Below, piece after piece: positions 22,068 through 35,588 of a DNA stretch of 64,000 nucleotides. Where the stretch lies: contig QPMI01000692.1 in assembly GCA_004431415.1 (NCBI GenBank), positions 62,001 through 126,000 of the forward strand, given 5' to 3'. The notes under the pieces were generated by a model that saw nothing but the letters and a program-made list of their open reading frames with translations, was not told where the DNA came from and made no database searches. The position numbers were made by a program, and so were the translations under genes. Within the stretch, counting starts at the first letter, position 1. The number at the start of each line of letters is the position of its first letter. Origin of the DNA: Cyanophora paradoxa CCMP329 (Eukaryota > Plantae > Glaucophyta).

Positions 22068-25000
22068 CTAGCCGCCGCCGAGGCCCATCAGGACGTCGAC
22101 GGCGCGCGAGAGGTCGCCCCGCGCCTCCGCCAGCGCCCGCGCGTTCGCCGCCGCGTCCCCGAAGCCCATCCCCGCCAGCTTCCGCATCTCCGCCTCGTAG
22201 GGGTACTGCAGAGGATGAGGGGAAGTGGGGGGGATGGCACGGTACGAGGGGGCGGACCTGCTGCTGGGCGGGGGCGGCGGGGGGCGCGGAGGGGATCGGC
22301 GCCGCGCCGTATCGGCTGCGGGGCGGGGCGGGGGGCTGTGAGGGAAGCCTGAAGGGCAGCGGAATCGGGCAGGGCGGGAGCGCACCCGGACACGGGGCCT
22401 GAGGGTTCTGGAATTCGAAGGGGTGTGAGCCCAAACAACGGGGGGTACAAGCGGAGGACTCACCGGAGGGATGGGGGGCGGAGGGGGCGGAGTGGAGGGA
22501 GGGGTACATGGACTGGGGGCGGGCCATGGGGGCGATCCGGTGCCTCCGCATGTACGTGAGGAACTGCGTGATGGTAAAATATACCGTACCCCGCCCGAAT
22601 ACTCGGGGGGGGGGGGAACCCGGACCTGGGTAGGGATCTCGGCGAGGACCTCTTTGGCGAGCTTCTGGTGCGCGCCGTGGCCCTTGAAGTCCCGGAACGG
22701 CACGAACTGCAGTACCCCCCAGCCGGGTCGGACGACAGAGGGGGGGGATGAAAGGAATGGGGGTACCTGGACGATGTCGTTCTCCATGACTTTGCCGTCG
22801 GCGCGCAGCGGCTCGTCGTCCGCGTCGAGAATGTCCATATTCGAGAAGTCGGCCTGCGTGGATTCGAACCAGGGACGAAGGTCAGAGGGGACAGAGTAAT
22901 GGGGCGGGACGGGGGAGACGCTAGGCACTCCGGGCGTGCGCGGCGCGCGGCTCGGGGGGAGGCGGGCGGGCGGGGCGCGGGGGGGTGGGGGAGGCGGGGG
23001 GGTAGGGAAAGTGGGTACGCACGCTGCCGACGCCGACGATGACTATAGAGAGCGGCAGCGACGAGGCGTGGACGATCTCACGCACCGTGGCCTCCATGTC
23101 TGACGGGGGGTACGCGGCTCTTTCGCGCGCGGGGTACAGGGGGGTGGGGCGGGGTACGCGCGCGCACCGTTGATGACGCCATCAGTGAGGAGCAGGAGGA
23201 TGTGGTAGTTCTGGCGGTCCGCAGTGAACCGCTGCTGCGCAAGCTCCGCCGCCCTCCGGACGATCTGGGGGGTACCGCTTCTGCCAGGGCGGGGCGAGGG
23301 GCTTACGAGGTTTTCATCATCTTTTTTTCGCACCTGGCTGAAGATCGTGGGCCCGTGGAGCCGCACGGAGCGCAGCGTCTGGTGGTACGCCTCCAGGACG
23401 CCCTGTACCCCCGCGCACTCGGGCTGCGTGCGAGAAAGGAAGCGCTCAGCCCCGGAGAAGGCGAGGCGAGGAAAAGCTTCGTTCGCACGCTGAACTCGTT
23501 GCCGTTGAGGGGGAAGCAGTGGTTGACGGCCCAAGAGGGCGGCAGCTGCGCCCCGAAGCCCCACGCCTGGCGAAGGAGAGGGGGGGGGGAGTCAGGCGAG
23601 CAGGGGGGAAGGGAGGGAGGGAGGAAGGTGGGGTACCGGGAACAGCTTGTCGGTGTCGTAGTGTGCGAGGATTTCTCCTACGGCCCGAATCGCCTGCGGA
23701 GGGAAGGATACCGGCTCGGGCGCGAGGGCGAGAAGAGGCGGGACGGGGAGGGCTGGGGCGGGGGCGGGAGCCGTTGAGGGGATTGAATTCGAAGAGCTGA
23801 ACCGCACTCTAGACCGGGCGCGCCTAGGGGCTGCTTAGAACGAGCGGCAGGGGTCGCGCTTGAGCTCGAGGCAGCTCGGAGCCGGGGAATAGGGTCATAT
23901 GAGCTCAGGCCCGGGCTAGCCCGGGACACCTGCTCGTATTCGTTCGGCTGGCTCCTGCGGGCCCGCTCCGGTGAGGCGGGGGGGTGGGAGGGGGGGGAAG
24001 GAATGGGGGTACGCGGACCCGCCGACGTAGTGGAGGGACGTCGAATCGGTGGGGGCCCTGCGGGGGTACGTGAATCGCGCCGTGCCCTAAAACAATCCTG
24101 CGCAGGACCCGCGCGCACCCGTTGCTCGCCGTGAAATCGATCGCGACGAGAAGGGATATTTCCTGCGGGGGTGCGGTTCGAGCCAGGGGGAGGAATCCCG
24201 AGGCGGGTACGGGGACGCACGCAGCCGCCGGCGATGTAGTCCAAGAACGAGTGTTCTCGTGTCACGGAGAAGCTCTCGACCTGCGGCGGCGTCGGGAAAA
24301 CCGGTCGCGACCGGGTTCGAACCCGGGCGCACCAGGACGGCCCCGCAGGAGGGGTCCGGAGGCTCGCCCTCCCGCTTGGAGAGGGGTAGCTCCTTCCGGC
24401 CCGAGCGGAGCTCCCCAAGGCTCGTCTGAGCCGTCTGAGCTCCGGGCCGTCCGAGCGCGGAAGGGGGGTACGGGATTGCCCACCTGTGCCCGGCCCAGGA
24501 GCTCGTGCGCCCCGCCGGAGTGGTAGTGGAACACCTCGACCAGCAGCGGCCGGTCGAAGTCGCCTGTACCCCGCCTCATATCGGCCCCAGGGGTACCGGG
24601 GCGTGCGGGAAGGGCAGGGGAGGGGTACCGTTGCAGAGGGTCTGGACGGTGGTCTCGTGCTGCTTCCACTTCGGGTGGAGGGTGTTGTCGTCCACCTGGG
24701 GGTAGAGGAAAGTTTTAGGCGGGTAGAAGAAGAAGAAAAAGTAGGGGAAGGGATACGCCGACCTCGCTCTTGTACACGGGGCCGTACGTGTTGTCCTCGC
24801 GCGCCCGGCTGACCACCACGAAGGCGTCTGGGGCACGGGCTCGGTCGCGGGCGGGCGGCGGCCGCGGGTTCGAATCCGGGCGCACCGGTCTTCCACCAGA
24901 GCATGCGCATCTTCGGTATGCCCCGGGCCGCCAGCTTGAAGCTGCGCGGAGCGGGGCGGGGGCCCGGGCGCGTCGGGGCCGCGAACGGGTCGTAGCGCGC

Positions 25001-25967
25001 GTACCCGGCCGAGCGCACCGGACCGTGTCGAGGAGCCCCTTCACCTCCTCCGCGTGGATGGTTATCTGACCGTTCTTCCGCGTGGGGTGCTTCCCGTTCC
25101 TGCGAACGAACGTTCCTCCGCGACAGGCGGGGCGCCGCGCAGGTCGCGTCAGACTCACCTGAGCTCGCGGGTGAGCCGCTGCCCCCGGGAGGAGACCAGC
25201 TCTCCCAGGACGATGTCGGCCTCCCCGATGAAATCGTGAGCGGAGAGGTCCCGGCTGTTGCTGTCGCTGTCGTACACCTGCGCGGCCGCCCCGTTCGATT
25301 CGCCCTTCCGTCCTTGTTCGGAGAGGAAGGGCGGCCCGTGCGCGGCGAGGCGCGGCTCGCCTCGAGCTTGAAGTGCTGGTTCTCCTCGAAGTAGTAGTCC
25401 AGGCGGAACGTGGTGGTGAACTTGGGGTTCTTTTGGAGGGCGGGGCGCAGGCGGGCGGGCGCCGGGCGGTGAGGCCGGCGCGGGCGCATGCGGAGGGGCG
25501 GGCCGGGGCGGCGGGGCGAGCGCACGGGACAGTTGTCGATGGTTTCTGTGCGCCCGATCTCCTTCCACTGCCTGCGTGCGTCAGGGCGCCGTCGGTTAGC
25601 CGAGGCCGCTCGACGGAGGGCGTCGGCGCTCGGCGATGAGCGCTCGTCGTCGGCACTCGGCGCTCATTCGGAGCTCCGAGGCTTAACTTCGACGGGCGCC
25701 ACGCACCCCGAAGGCACACGCCCGTAGAGTACGACGAAGGGGTCTGCGCTTCCCGGCGTCAGCGAGGCGAGCGCTTGACGAGCGCCGCAGGGCCAGCGCG
25801 CCGGACTCTGATAGGACATCGAGCTTGACTAGGCTCGTGCAGGAGATGCTCAGCTCCACCTGCGCGAGGCGACACTCGTCGGCATTGCGCTCGGAAGCCG
25901 GCAAAGCACGGACCTTGCTGGCAAGGCTTCCGCCGTCCCCGATAAGCTCCTCTATTACCTTCGTCAT
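22068..25967 (-). CDS. Copine (two C2 domains + vWA) with C-terminal UBA domain; many introns
   Basis: Exons VELSISC..DVLSESDPFVV, NPKF..DYYFEE, SFLDYIAGG, VAIDFTASN, YDTDKLFP, GPTIF, YHILLLLTDG, DIVQFVPFR, VLAEIP. Tail LAGMGF..ARALAEARGDLSRAVDVL. Confidence 0.9.
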
Positions 25968-26329
25968 CGTTGCAGCGCCAGTGGTGACGTGAGCACTTCG
26001 TGTGGCGACGTGTGCACTGCCGGGGATACAGGATCAAAAGTGCACTGAGGTCACCCACCTCTCCCGGCCCGCTGCGATGGCTGTGCGAGCAGCTGCATAG
26101 TCTCCTGCTCGACCATAGGAGCAGCTCATCGGCCGCTGGCTCGTCGAGCTCCGCACACGCTCTTGCAGGCTAGTGCAGCTCTGCCGAGTGGTGCATCTCT
26201 GCCGGCGCCGGACGACGCTTTTGGACCTGCGTGAGCGACGGCGAAAGTATGCGTCGGCGAGCACGCGCGGGCTAGCGAGCCGGCGAACTGGCAGCGAGGC
26301 CGCTCCCCACAGCTGCAGCTCGCTCAGCT

Positions 26330-26655
26330 ATGGACCGCTTTGGAGGAGACGACAATGCCAACTTCCAGGCGAGCCCGCGCGGCGCGGAAGGGCGACCCTG
26401 CCCCCTCCGAGCCCTGACCGGTTCGCGCCGCAGCTCGCCCCGCCGGGCGTACGGGAGCGCTCGCAGGAGGAGATCGGTGCGCTCTGCTCCATCCTCTCGA
26501 GCCACCCGTGCGCGGCCTCCCGCCCCGCTTCGCTTAGCTTGGCTTCGCCCACGGCGCTCGGCGGCCGACGGCGCCGGCCGCAGGAGCCGCAGAGGGGACG
26601 TGGACCTCCGGAAGATCGTCCACTGGCTGAGCCCGATGCAGGCGAGCGGCCCGGC

Positions 26656-26686
<31 letters not shown>

Positions 26687-29428
26687 GCGCCTCGCCGGCC
26701 GCTGACGCGTTCGAATTCGTCCGCAGCCGTTCGACGGCCAGCGTGAGCCGCGGCCCCCTCCCGCCGACCCGCGCGGCCGCATCTCACCGCCCGCGCGCAG
26801 CGGCGAAGGCGCTGCGCCTCGCGGCCCGCGCCTGCAGGCTCGAGGTCCACCCCAGGGACCACAAAAGTGCGCCGCCGGCGTCGCCCAGCCCGGGCCGCCC
26901 ACCTTTGGTCCTTCCCGCTCGCCCCGACAGGCGCGCAGTCTTCCGCAGAGGGGAGCCGGCCGACAAGTTCTACATGGTCGTCGCAGGGTCGGTGCGCCGC
27001 GGGGAAGCGCCCCCGCCCGGATTCGATCCCGCGTCCCTGGATCGACCCCCCTCCAGCTCTCGGTCTTCGCGGAGAACGAAAACGTGACGCTCGGCGGCCG
27101 GAAGGTGCGGTGCCTGTACCCCTCCACGTGATTTCTGAGCCCGTCCGAAACGGGACCGTACCCCCCGCAGGTCCCCGAGCTGACGGCGATGCTGAGCACG
27201 GGCGATGCCGTCGGCGGGTCGACCATCGCCTCCCCCACCACCCAGATCTGGTACCCCCGTAACCTTGGCCCCCCTCCCCCTCGACCCGCGGCGACGCCGC
27301 GCCGTACCCCCTCGCAGGACGATCACAGCGCTCGCCTCGACGCCCGTGCAGCTCCTCTCGCTGGGGTACGTCGCCTTGCAGCGGATCCTCGAGACCGTCG
27401 CCTCGGAGAAGGTGCCGTACCCCTCTACTGAACCCCGTACCCCCCTCACGCCGCCCAGTTCGCCAAGGAGAAGCGGTTCACGCGAACGGTCCCCTTCCTC
27501 TCCGACCTGAGGCGAGCACCCCTCCCCGCCGAGCCGCGTACCCCCTCCCGCTTACCTGTACCGCCAGCGACGCGAAAGTCGAGCGCTTCTTCTCCTTCGC
27601 CCGCAAGCGCGTCCTGCCCCCGGCGACTGGTCCGCTCCGTACCCAGGCTGCTCGCCCCGTACCCCTCTTTCTGACACCGACTCCGCGTCAGTCTTCTGGC
27701 GGCCGGGCGCCTTCGTTGGGAACGTGTGGCTGATCCAGCACGGACGCGTCCGCTTCTGCTGGCCCTCCCAGGAGGCGATTCCTGTACCCGGCCCCCTCTT
27801 TGGCCCCCGCTGAAGTGGGAAGCAGGGCGGGGGCGAGGCCGGCGGGCGGCGGCACCCCTCTGCGATCGAGGGCGATGAGGCGTGCGAGCTGGGGTCGGGG
27901 GCCCTCGTGGGGGGTAGCTCCTTCTTCGAGCGGCACGGCCGATACACCGTACCCCCCGCTTCCTTCCCGGTACCCCTCCTCTCCGCTCACAGGCGGCAGG
28001 TGCACGCGATCGCGTCGTCGCGGGTCGTCGCGTGGGAGCTCCTCAAGCTCGCCGTACCCCGGGGCGCGTCACGTACCCCCGAACTGCTCCGCGCCCCTCC
28101 CTGCCCCTTGACCGGCTGCCGCAGCTCTGGACGAGAGCGTTCGGGCGGCGATCGACGCGCGCGCCGCGCGCCTGACCCGCAGCGACGGTGCGCTGCCCCA
28201 TCGGGCCGCAGTCCGCCGCCCGCCCACGCGCCCCGCCGCCCGCACTCGCAGGCGCCGACACGAGCGAGTACGCCCTCGTCGCCCCCTCGGCCCGTACCCC
28301 CGGATCGACCCCGGCCTCCCGCCCCCTCCCGGCCCCGCCCCCGCCCCCGCCCATCCGCCGGCGCCCGGCCAGCGCGTGGGTTCGCCTCTCCTCCCCGCAG
28401 GCCGCCCGGCCGTCCCGCCGCCCCGCCTCCGCCGCGAGCCACTTCCGCCCCTCCTCCACCGTACCCCCCGGCGGCAGCTCCTCGGAGGACGAGGGGGGTA
28501 CGGCCGACCCCGACGTTCGGAACCTCCTCGAGCTGCGCGCCGCGCTCCGTACATCTGCCTGGGACGAGCAGGGCGCGGACCTGGACGCGGGGTCGAGCCC
28601 CGGGGGGTCCCTTTCCCCGCCCCGCCCGGCCTCGGCCGCCTCCGCCTCGGCTGCGCGCCTCGCCGCCTCCGCCTCCGCCGCCTCCCTCGGCACCGGTACC
28701 CCCCGCAGCCTCCTTCTCCGCTCCCGCATCTCGTCCACGCCGTCGCTGTCCGCGGGGGTACCGGCGCGCCCCGCCTCCGCCTCGGCCGCCTCGCTGCGGT
28801 CCCGCCCCTGGAGCGCGGCTTCCTTCCTCTCCGCGGGGCGGCCCCCCAGCGAGCCGCCCCCCGAGCCGGCCCCGGTACCCCCCCTCCAGCCTCTCCCCTC
28901 CGACCCCGCCGTCGCCCCCCCGCCCTCCCCGGGCCGCCGTACCCCCCGCGACGAGGATCTGGAGGGGGAGGGCGCCCGGGCCGTGGACAGACGGGTACTG
29001 GAGGTACTGCACCCCCCGCAGAAGCCGGCGCCCTTGGACCCGTACGCGGCGGCGCGGCCCAAGATTGCCGTACCCTTCCGGCCGGGCTCCCTCCCCCACC
29101 ACCTCCGCCCCACGTCCGCCTCCTCCAACTCGAGGTCCTCCCGCGCCCTCGCCCTCTCCGAGGTCCGTACCCCCTGTTTCTCCCACGAAACTGTGTGACC
29201 CCGGTTCGAATCCCGGCAGGACCTGGACGAGATCTTGGCGCACGTGCAGTCCCGAGGCCGCGCGCCTGCGGCGGCGGCGGCGGCGGGGCGGCCCCAGTCG
29301 GCCCTCTCGCGGGGGGCCCCCTCCCGCCCCGGGACAGCGGGAAGCACACGGCCCCTATAGCTAGAGCTGTACTCGTAGCCGTCGGCGCCAAGGTCCGCTC
29401 GGCGCTACAGCTTATGCATGAACACTGA
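26330..29428 (+). CDS. Cyclic nucleotide-binding domain protein (intron-containing, low-complexity C-terminus)
   Basis: VFRRGEPADKFYMVVAGS, LSTGDAVG, RTITALASTPVQLLSL, and a second repeat (VFWRPG..VWLIQHGRV). Boundaries approximate. Confidence 0.7.
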
Positions 29429-30896
29429 TCGCGGAGCGGAGCGCGAGAATACTTACGCTATAACTTCGTAAGCCGCACAGCCGCTGAGCGGCACTAGCTC
29501 CAGTAATAGGTTTTCAAACTACGTATACAGCTAAAATTCTGCCTAGCTAGGCAAGCCGGACAAGCTGGGGGCAACCTCCCTTCAAAGAATCAGCAAAACT
29601 ACAGAAGAACGCAGGACTGTCAAAAACACGCAGGATCTGTTGAAAAGGCTGTGGGAACTAAGCAAAACATCTGCGACATAGAAAGAAATAGATTGTCGAT
29701 CGATCGACACTGTGACGCGTTGAAAGCATGCGAGTCACTGGGCCCCCCCAGAGCGTGCCTGGGGCGGCAACGGCGCGCGGTGAGCGGCGCTGACGAGCTG
29801 CGACGGCTCAGAGCGGAGCACACCTTAGTGGACTGAGCCGTGTCGGGTGTTGGGCAGCGGTGCGTCTCGTGCTCGAAGGCGGAGCCGGGGCGGGCCCACT
29901 CCGGGCACGGCAAGCCCTGCGGAGCAAGCTTAAGGGTCACGCCGGGACGCGTCTGAAGGGCCCGGGGAAGACTGAGCCATTACGAACCGATTCCTTAAAC
30001 ATGCTCTCGAGAAGAAGCTGCTTCTCCCGAGTGAGCTCAAGGAGGAGCTGATGCCGCCCAACGCCGGCCGCGGCGGCGACTGTGCTCTGCAAAGGCACTT
30101 CGACGACGGCGGAGAGCTCTGGATCCGGATCGCTGTCGTCGCGACCGGAAGCTGCGAGGGAAGCCAGCGCCTCGACCTCCATTGGTCGGCGTCCACACGA
30201 ACCCCGCAGGCGTTAGTGCGCGCTGCTGGATCGACACTGCTCCGGCCTCGAGTCCGGCGTCGACTACAACTCCCTTGCTAGTTGCCTGACAAGCCGAGCC
30301 TCGGCAGTCACAGCCGAAGAGGAATCGAGGCGCACGCGGCACAGTCTTCGCTAGCTCGGTTCAGTCCGACGGTCGACGCCTCTCCTGCAGGAGGCAGACG
30401 AGTCGGTGAAGATGCTGGGCGGCGGAGCGGCTGCTGCCCGGAGCGGATTGCTGACAATTTCTACAGACACTGAGTCTTGAGGCCCCGCAAGCGGATTCTG
30501 CTTTGTACCCCTCGAGCTCCGCGGTTACAACTGCCGAGCGACAGTCACGTTGGTTACGCCTTAGGTGCAGAATGTCCATCTAACGGAGATAAAATAGCGC
30601 TTTTCTGGCAGGCCCGGCGGCCGGGAGCGAGTGCTATTGACGTTGCTGATGTACCCCTCAACCTTCACATCCCCCTCGCAGATAGACTTGCGCGGGCGCG
30701 AAGAGTGCAGCAGCAGCGGCCACCGGGATGGCACGCGACGCTGCCAGGTAGATTACGCATCATCAGGCGCGGTCGCGGCCCGACTTGTGGGCTCGCTCGC
30801 CGCTTCCGAACTCCCATCGACGCCGATTGCGCAAGCGGGACCGGTACCGCACACACGCTGATTCCCCCAGCCCGGCACGGCACTGCGCGAGCGTAG

Positions 30897-33584
30897 ATGC
30901 TATCTGAGTGTACTTGCAGCTCAGAGAGCGTGCAGCCCGCGGCCGGCCGCGTTTCAGCTAGTTGGTCCAGCGCCCCGCGGTCGAACGAGATGACCGGTGC
31001 CCTGTCGGCGTCGGCCGAGCCGGCCATGCATCCAGAGACGCTCTCCAACTGCGTGGATGCTGTCGCACAGGCCGTTCTCGGCGACCTGACGAAGTTCAGC
31101 TGTGCGCTCCCATCTCGGCCCATCGAATCTTCAAAGAATCTGGCCATCTGCGGGCTCGCCGCGCTGACGGGACGCTCTCCTCGCGTTTTTCTTCAGATGT
31201 GGAGTGCATGGCGCTCTCGGGCGGGGCCGCGAGGGACGGGCAGGGCGCAGTCGGCCCCTCCCTTCGGATCAAGCGCGTCTGCAGCCTTTCAAGTGTCGGT
31301 AAGCGAATCGGGGCTCCCTCATCTCTTTCCTTCTGTGCTCCCTGAGCCTTTTAGCGCTTCAATTTGACGTTGTGCATGTCATCGTTGAAATTTGATCGCG
31401 ATCACAGGGGCGAACCCGCTCGCGGTCCAGTTCAGCAAGGAGGCAAGCTGCAGGGATCCGGAGTCCGACGCCGGCTCTCCCGACGTCGTCGCAAGCTCTG
31501 CGATCGCCAACCGATGCGAGTGAGTCCGGATCCGCGCCATATGCTTTGCCTTTCCAGGTCGCCGAGCGATTTGATCGGCACCATCGCGATGTCGCGATCG
31601 ATCGACCTCGCGTGCACTCGAGCTCACTCTTGGCCTGTTTCAGGTGGTTGGTGGACGCTAGTCTTGTCCCCAAGGAAACCTTCTCTCGCTCCGGACCCTC
31701 CTGCCCCTTCAAAACGCTCTTCGTGGTGGGTTCCTTCTCGCTCGGATTGGGTGATCGTCGCTGTTCTCGCGTGCTTATGTGCCCGCCCGTAGGTTCCTTG
31801 CTCCTCCCCCCTCTCGAGACGGCCCCTTCTCGTGTTTCTCTTCTTCTCCTCGACCGCGAACGAGTACGATTCAATTGTCGACGGGGTGCGATTGTCGAGG
31901 GTGCACATCCATAGCTCTCTCTTCGCTGATTACGTACGCTGCAGTATGTGCGGGCGAATGTCTTCGCCAACCTCTTCCGGCACTGCGGCGCGGTCGAGGT
32001 GGGCGGCGGGCCGCTCTGCGTCGTCGGGCCGGGCGCCCCCGCCCGCCCGCTCGACGTCGACGACTGCGCACTCGACTTGCTCCGAATCAGGTGCGGCGTC
32101 CCGCGGCTGTCCACGGCAAGCTTAAGACTCGACTGCTCAGTCTGCCCGCGCGCCCCGCAGCCCTGCGACGCGGTCAGAGACCTCCTCAAAGCTCATCGAG
32201 ACCCGGATGGGCGAGTCCCTCTCCCTCTTCCGAAAGGTATATACCGTTTTCATCAATCTTTCTCTTACGCTCGCCCCTCGCTGACGCCCTTGTTAGTTCC
32301 CGAGCATGCGGACGCGGCTCTTCCAGGGCGCCCTGCTCCGCACGTTCCCCGTCGGCTACGAGCGTGCGCGCGTTTAATTTACAAGCCGAGCTCGAGCTTC
32401 ATCTGAAGCTTAAGCTTAAGCTTCTGCGTCCTGCGTCCGCAGTCATGGCCATCGGCGAGCCGTACACGCGGGCGCTGGTCATTCTGGTGGGCGCCGTGCG
32501 CTGCACCGACTGCGTGAGCGCGTCGGCGGAGGCGGAGGCGGACGCGGCCGCTGTGCATATGGACGGGTGGGAGCTCAGGCCCGGCGACAGCCTCGGCGAG
32601 CTCTGCCTCCTCTCGCCCTGCCCCGTCAGGTTCGCTTAAGGCCAGCGGAACTCGCTGATTCGATTCCGTTCTGTTGACGCTCTCTCTGCGCATGCGCAGC
32701 TCGGTTTCGGCCGTTGTCACCTCGCCGGTGCTCTGCATCGAAGTCGACGCGTCGTACGGCATCGCCGCGCCGGCCCCGAGCGCAGTCCCCGCGCCCGTGC
32801 CGGCGCCTCTCGAGGCGGGCCGCCCCCGGGCGCGCAGCGACAGCTGCGGATCCGGATCCCTTTCCGTCAGCGTCGAGCGCGAGCGGGCCGGCAGCTTCAG
32901 CTTCGGCTGCAGCGAGCAGCGCCCGCCCGTGGCGAGCTCGAGCCCCTGCCAGTCCCACGCCAGCTCGTCCCCCGCCACCCCGCCCCCGCTTCCGCCCCCC
33001 CCGCCCGCCTCCGCCTCCGTGGCCCCACCATCCGGATCCGAACCCGAGCCTGACTGCGTCGCCGCGACGGCCGCTCTCCACATATCGCTCTCCCGATCGA
33101 ACAGCATGCATATGACGAAGCCTGGCGGCCCTTGCTCCCCGCATTCCCAGGTCGTCCCTCCGGCCCCCGTCCCGGCCCCGGCCTCGCCCCCTCCGGCCGC
33201 GCCCGCCGGCCCCTCGGCCTCGCCCCCTTCGGCCTACGGGGGCGCCGGCGCGGACTCGCTGCCCCCGGCCCCCGGCCTCATCCTCCGCCCCGTCAAGAAG
33301 GCTGTACCCACGAAGCGGAAGCGGGACACGATCACGTGCGCCCTTCTCTCTTCTTTTCCTTCCTCTTCTCTGATTTGATTTGATTATAGGTACGACATGA
33401 TCAAGGCGCACTTCGACGTGCCACTGAGCCGCGCGGCGGAGCGGCTCAACGTGTGCAGCACGACGCTCAAGTCGATCTGCCGCGAGCTGGGGATCAGCTC
33501 GTGGCCGCACCGCGCCTCGTCGAGCGGCTCTGGCGGATCGAAGCCCGGCTCGGGCTCGAACTCGCCGCGGCCGCCCCCGCGCGC

Positions 33585-33627
<43 letters not shown>

Positions 33628-33909
33628 CCCAAACCATCCGCGGCCGCCCGACAGTCGCCCCCAGCCGCGGCGGCCGAGCCGCAGCCGCAGGCCGTCCCCT
33701 CTTTCTACCCGTACGCATTCGACGCGAGACCGGCGCAGCAGACGCGGGCGCCGACGCCGCCCCTGTACCCGGCCCGCGGGCAGGAGGGGTACGGCCTGCC
33801 GACCGAGTTCCGGATGCTGGACCCCTCCCAAGTCCAAGGCCTGCTCGACGTCGACATGTTCGACATCGACGGAGCGGCGGCGGCGTTCCCGCTGAATTTC
33901 GGCAGCTGA
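30897..33909 (+). CDS. RWP-RK transcription factor with upstream cNMP-binding-like domain
   Basis: IT/YDMIKAHFDVPLSRAAERLNVCSTTLKSICRELGISSWPHR. Upstream GEPYTRALVILVGAV..ELRPGDSLGELCLL..SVSAV. Poly-Q tract. Start approximate. Confidence 0.75.
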
Positions 33910-34869
33910 AATATTGATGCCGGAGTAGTTTCGGCACCGACCAGAGTCCCGCCGGCCTGCAAATGGCCACCGCGGAGCCTCGAGCTCGGAAGCCAAGCTC
34001 GCTCCCCGGCCGAACGGGGCAGCAACTCGAGCACCATTTCCAGATTTCGGACTTTTTCAAGCCGCTAGGACTAATTAATAGTTTTAGAGATTGATAGCCT
34101 GATGAATGCGAGGTTTCTGATATCGATGTTTTTGTGTTCTGACTGCAAACGTGTTCTGAGTAGTTTTCAATAGGGCATCGTTCCTTTTGTGTTTCAAACT
34201 GAGCGGCAAAGTTTGCCGAGTCGGCCAGTTGTTGGCCGTGTTTAGCGAGCGACAGCGTGTAATGTACCCTAGGCCTCCCCGAATACGTCGTAAGAACTTT
34301 TACGTCACGGCGTTGACTTTCCCCGTCGATTCTGCGTTCACCTCTTGCGATTGCAATTGGCCTAGGCCTCATGATTAGTAGGTGCAATTTTGTCTTCCCC
34401 CATCAGATCATCCGCATTTGGTCTCTTCATTCGCCGCTCCTTTTAATCTTTCAAAACCCGGGTCAGGCCCAAGGTGCGCCTAGCTATATATAGGCACGCG
34501 CCCTGCACACGTCTACGTAGTCTTTATTCTACTCATTCTTTGACAGTATGCATATATGTCTTTAAATTCTTAAGCTTGCTGTATGCAGCTAATTTTATAA
34601 TCGTTGCCGAGGCCCATCGATAGCATCGATCAACCTGTAAATTCTAGAATTCATAACCTTCGATACAGTGACTCAGTGATATCAGTTTGAATTCATTTTA
34701 AAATTGAAGCGCGTTCAAATCATATGCATGAAGCAAGCCAGGGCGACTCAGCGAGCTCGAGGCGGCGCCTGGCCTCAGGCCTAGGGCCTGGCGCCCCGGC
34801 GTGCAGTCGTCGGATCCGGAGCTCGAGACGCTCTCGAGCTCCAAAATCGTGGCCGGATGCTGTTGCAAT

Positions 34870-35588
34870 TGCACATGTACAGACCGTTCTCCGAGAGGCT
34901 CGGCGACCTAACGAAGTTCCGAAGTTAACCGCATTAATTGCATTAATTCGGGACCGCATTAATTAAGCTAGCGTTCCCTTAGCCGGAGTTGAACCCGCAC
35001 TATAGTCGGCCTTAGTGATGCCTCCGAAGCGCGGCGTCCCTCAGCCGGGCGAGGAGCCTGCCGCTGGCGTCTTCGGCAAGGAGAAGCAGCCGAAGCTCCA
35101 GCAGGGCATCACTGAGTCAGGGGCTTCCTTGTGGAGAAGAGCGTCAATTGCAAGGGCTTGCCGCGCGGCGCACTCAGCGATACGCGCGCGCGCGGACACG
35201 CCTGAGCAAGCCGCCTTCTTCAGGAACGTAGCCAGCGATATGCGCAAGCAGGAGGAGCAGAAGGAGGTGGCAGCCGAGTCGTCGCAGCCGCAGAAGCGTT
35301 CCGTGCCCTCGCCCGCCTTCAAGACGACGAGGCAGAGTCCGGCGAGGACGGGTTCGGCAACGAGGACGTATGATTACGTGGCAGCGCTACTAGGCTAGCT
35401 TGTACTGCAGGCCCGCCCGCAGCCCAAGGCCTAATTGTCTAATTTTCAGTAAAATACCCCCCGCCCCCCCCCATACAAGCCCGAAAGTTATAAAACGCAT
35501 TAATTCGGGACCGCATTATTAACCATACTAGGGGTCCGGGTCCAAAAACGCATTAATTACCGGCGCATTAATTAAGTGTTACACGGTA
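34870..35588. mobile_element. Possible Tc1/mariner/pogo-like DNA transposon remnant
   Basis: Repeated CGCATTAATT motif and a right end ...GTGTTACACGGTA (rc TACCGTG). No matching left TIR found. Confidence 0.35.

Noticed and set aside
24313-24324. tRNA gene at GGTTCGAA motifs
   Set aside because: No acceptor stem, D-arm or anticodon arm around any copy.
27907-29391. Long overlapping Pro/Arg/Gly-rich ORFs on both strands
   Set aside because: Expected from very high GC content; only the Ser/Ala/Pro-rich + strand frame (28188-29198) fits the spliced gene.
29830-30760. Possible small minus-strand gene between the cNMP and RWP-RK genes
   Set aside because: Some coding-like stretches, but no recognisable domain or confident exon chain.
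33586-33623. (CAG)n repeat as a separate element
   Set aside because: Simply the poly-Q tract of the RWP-RK protein.
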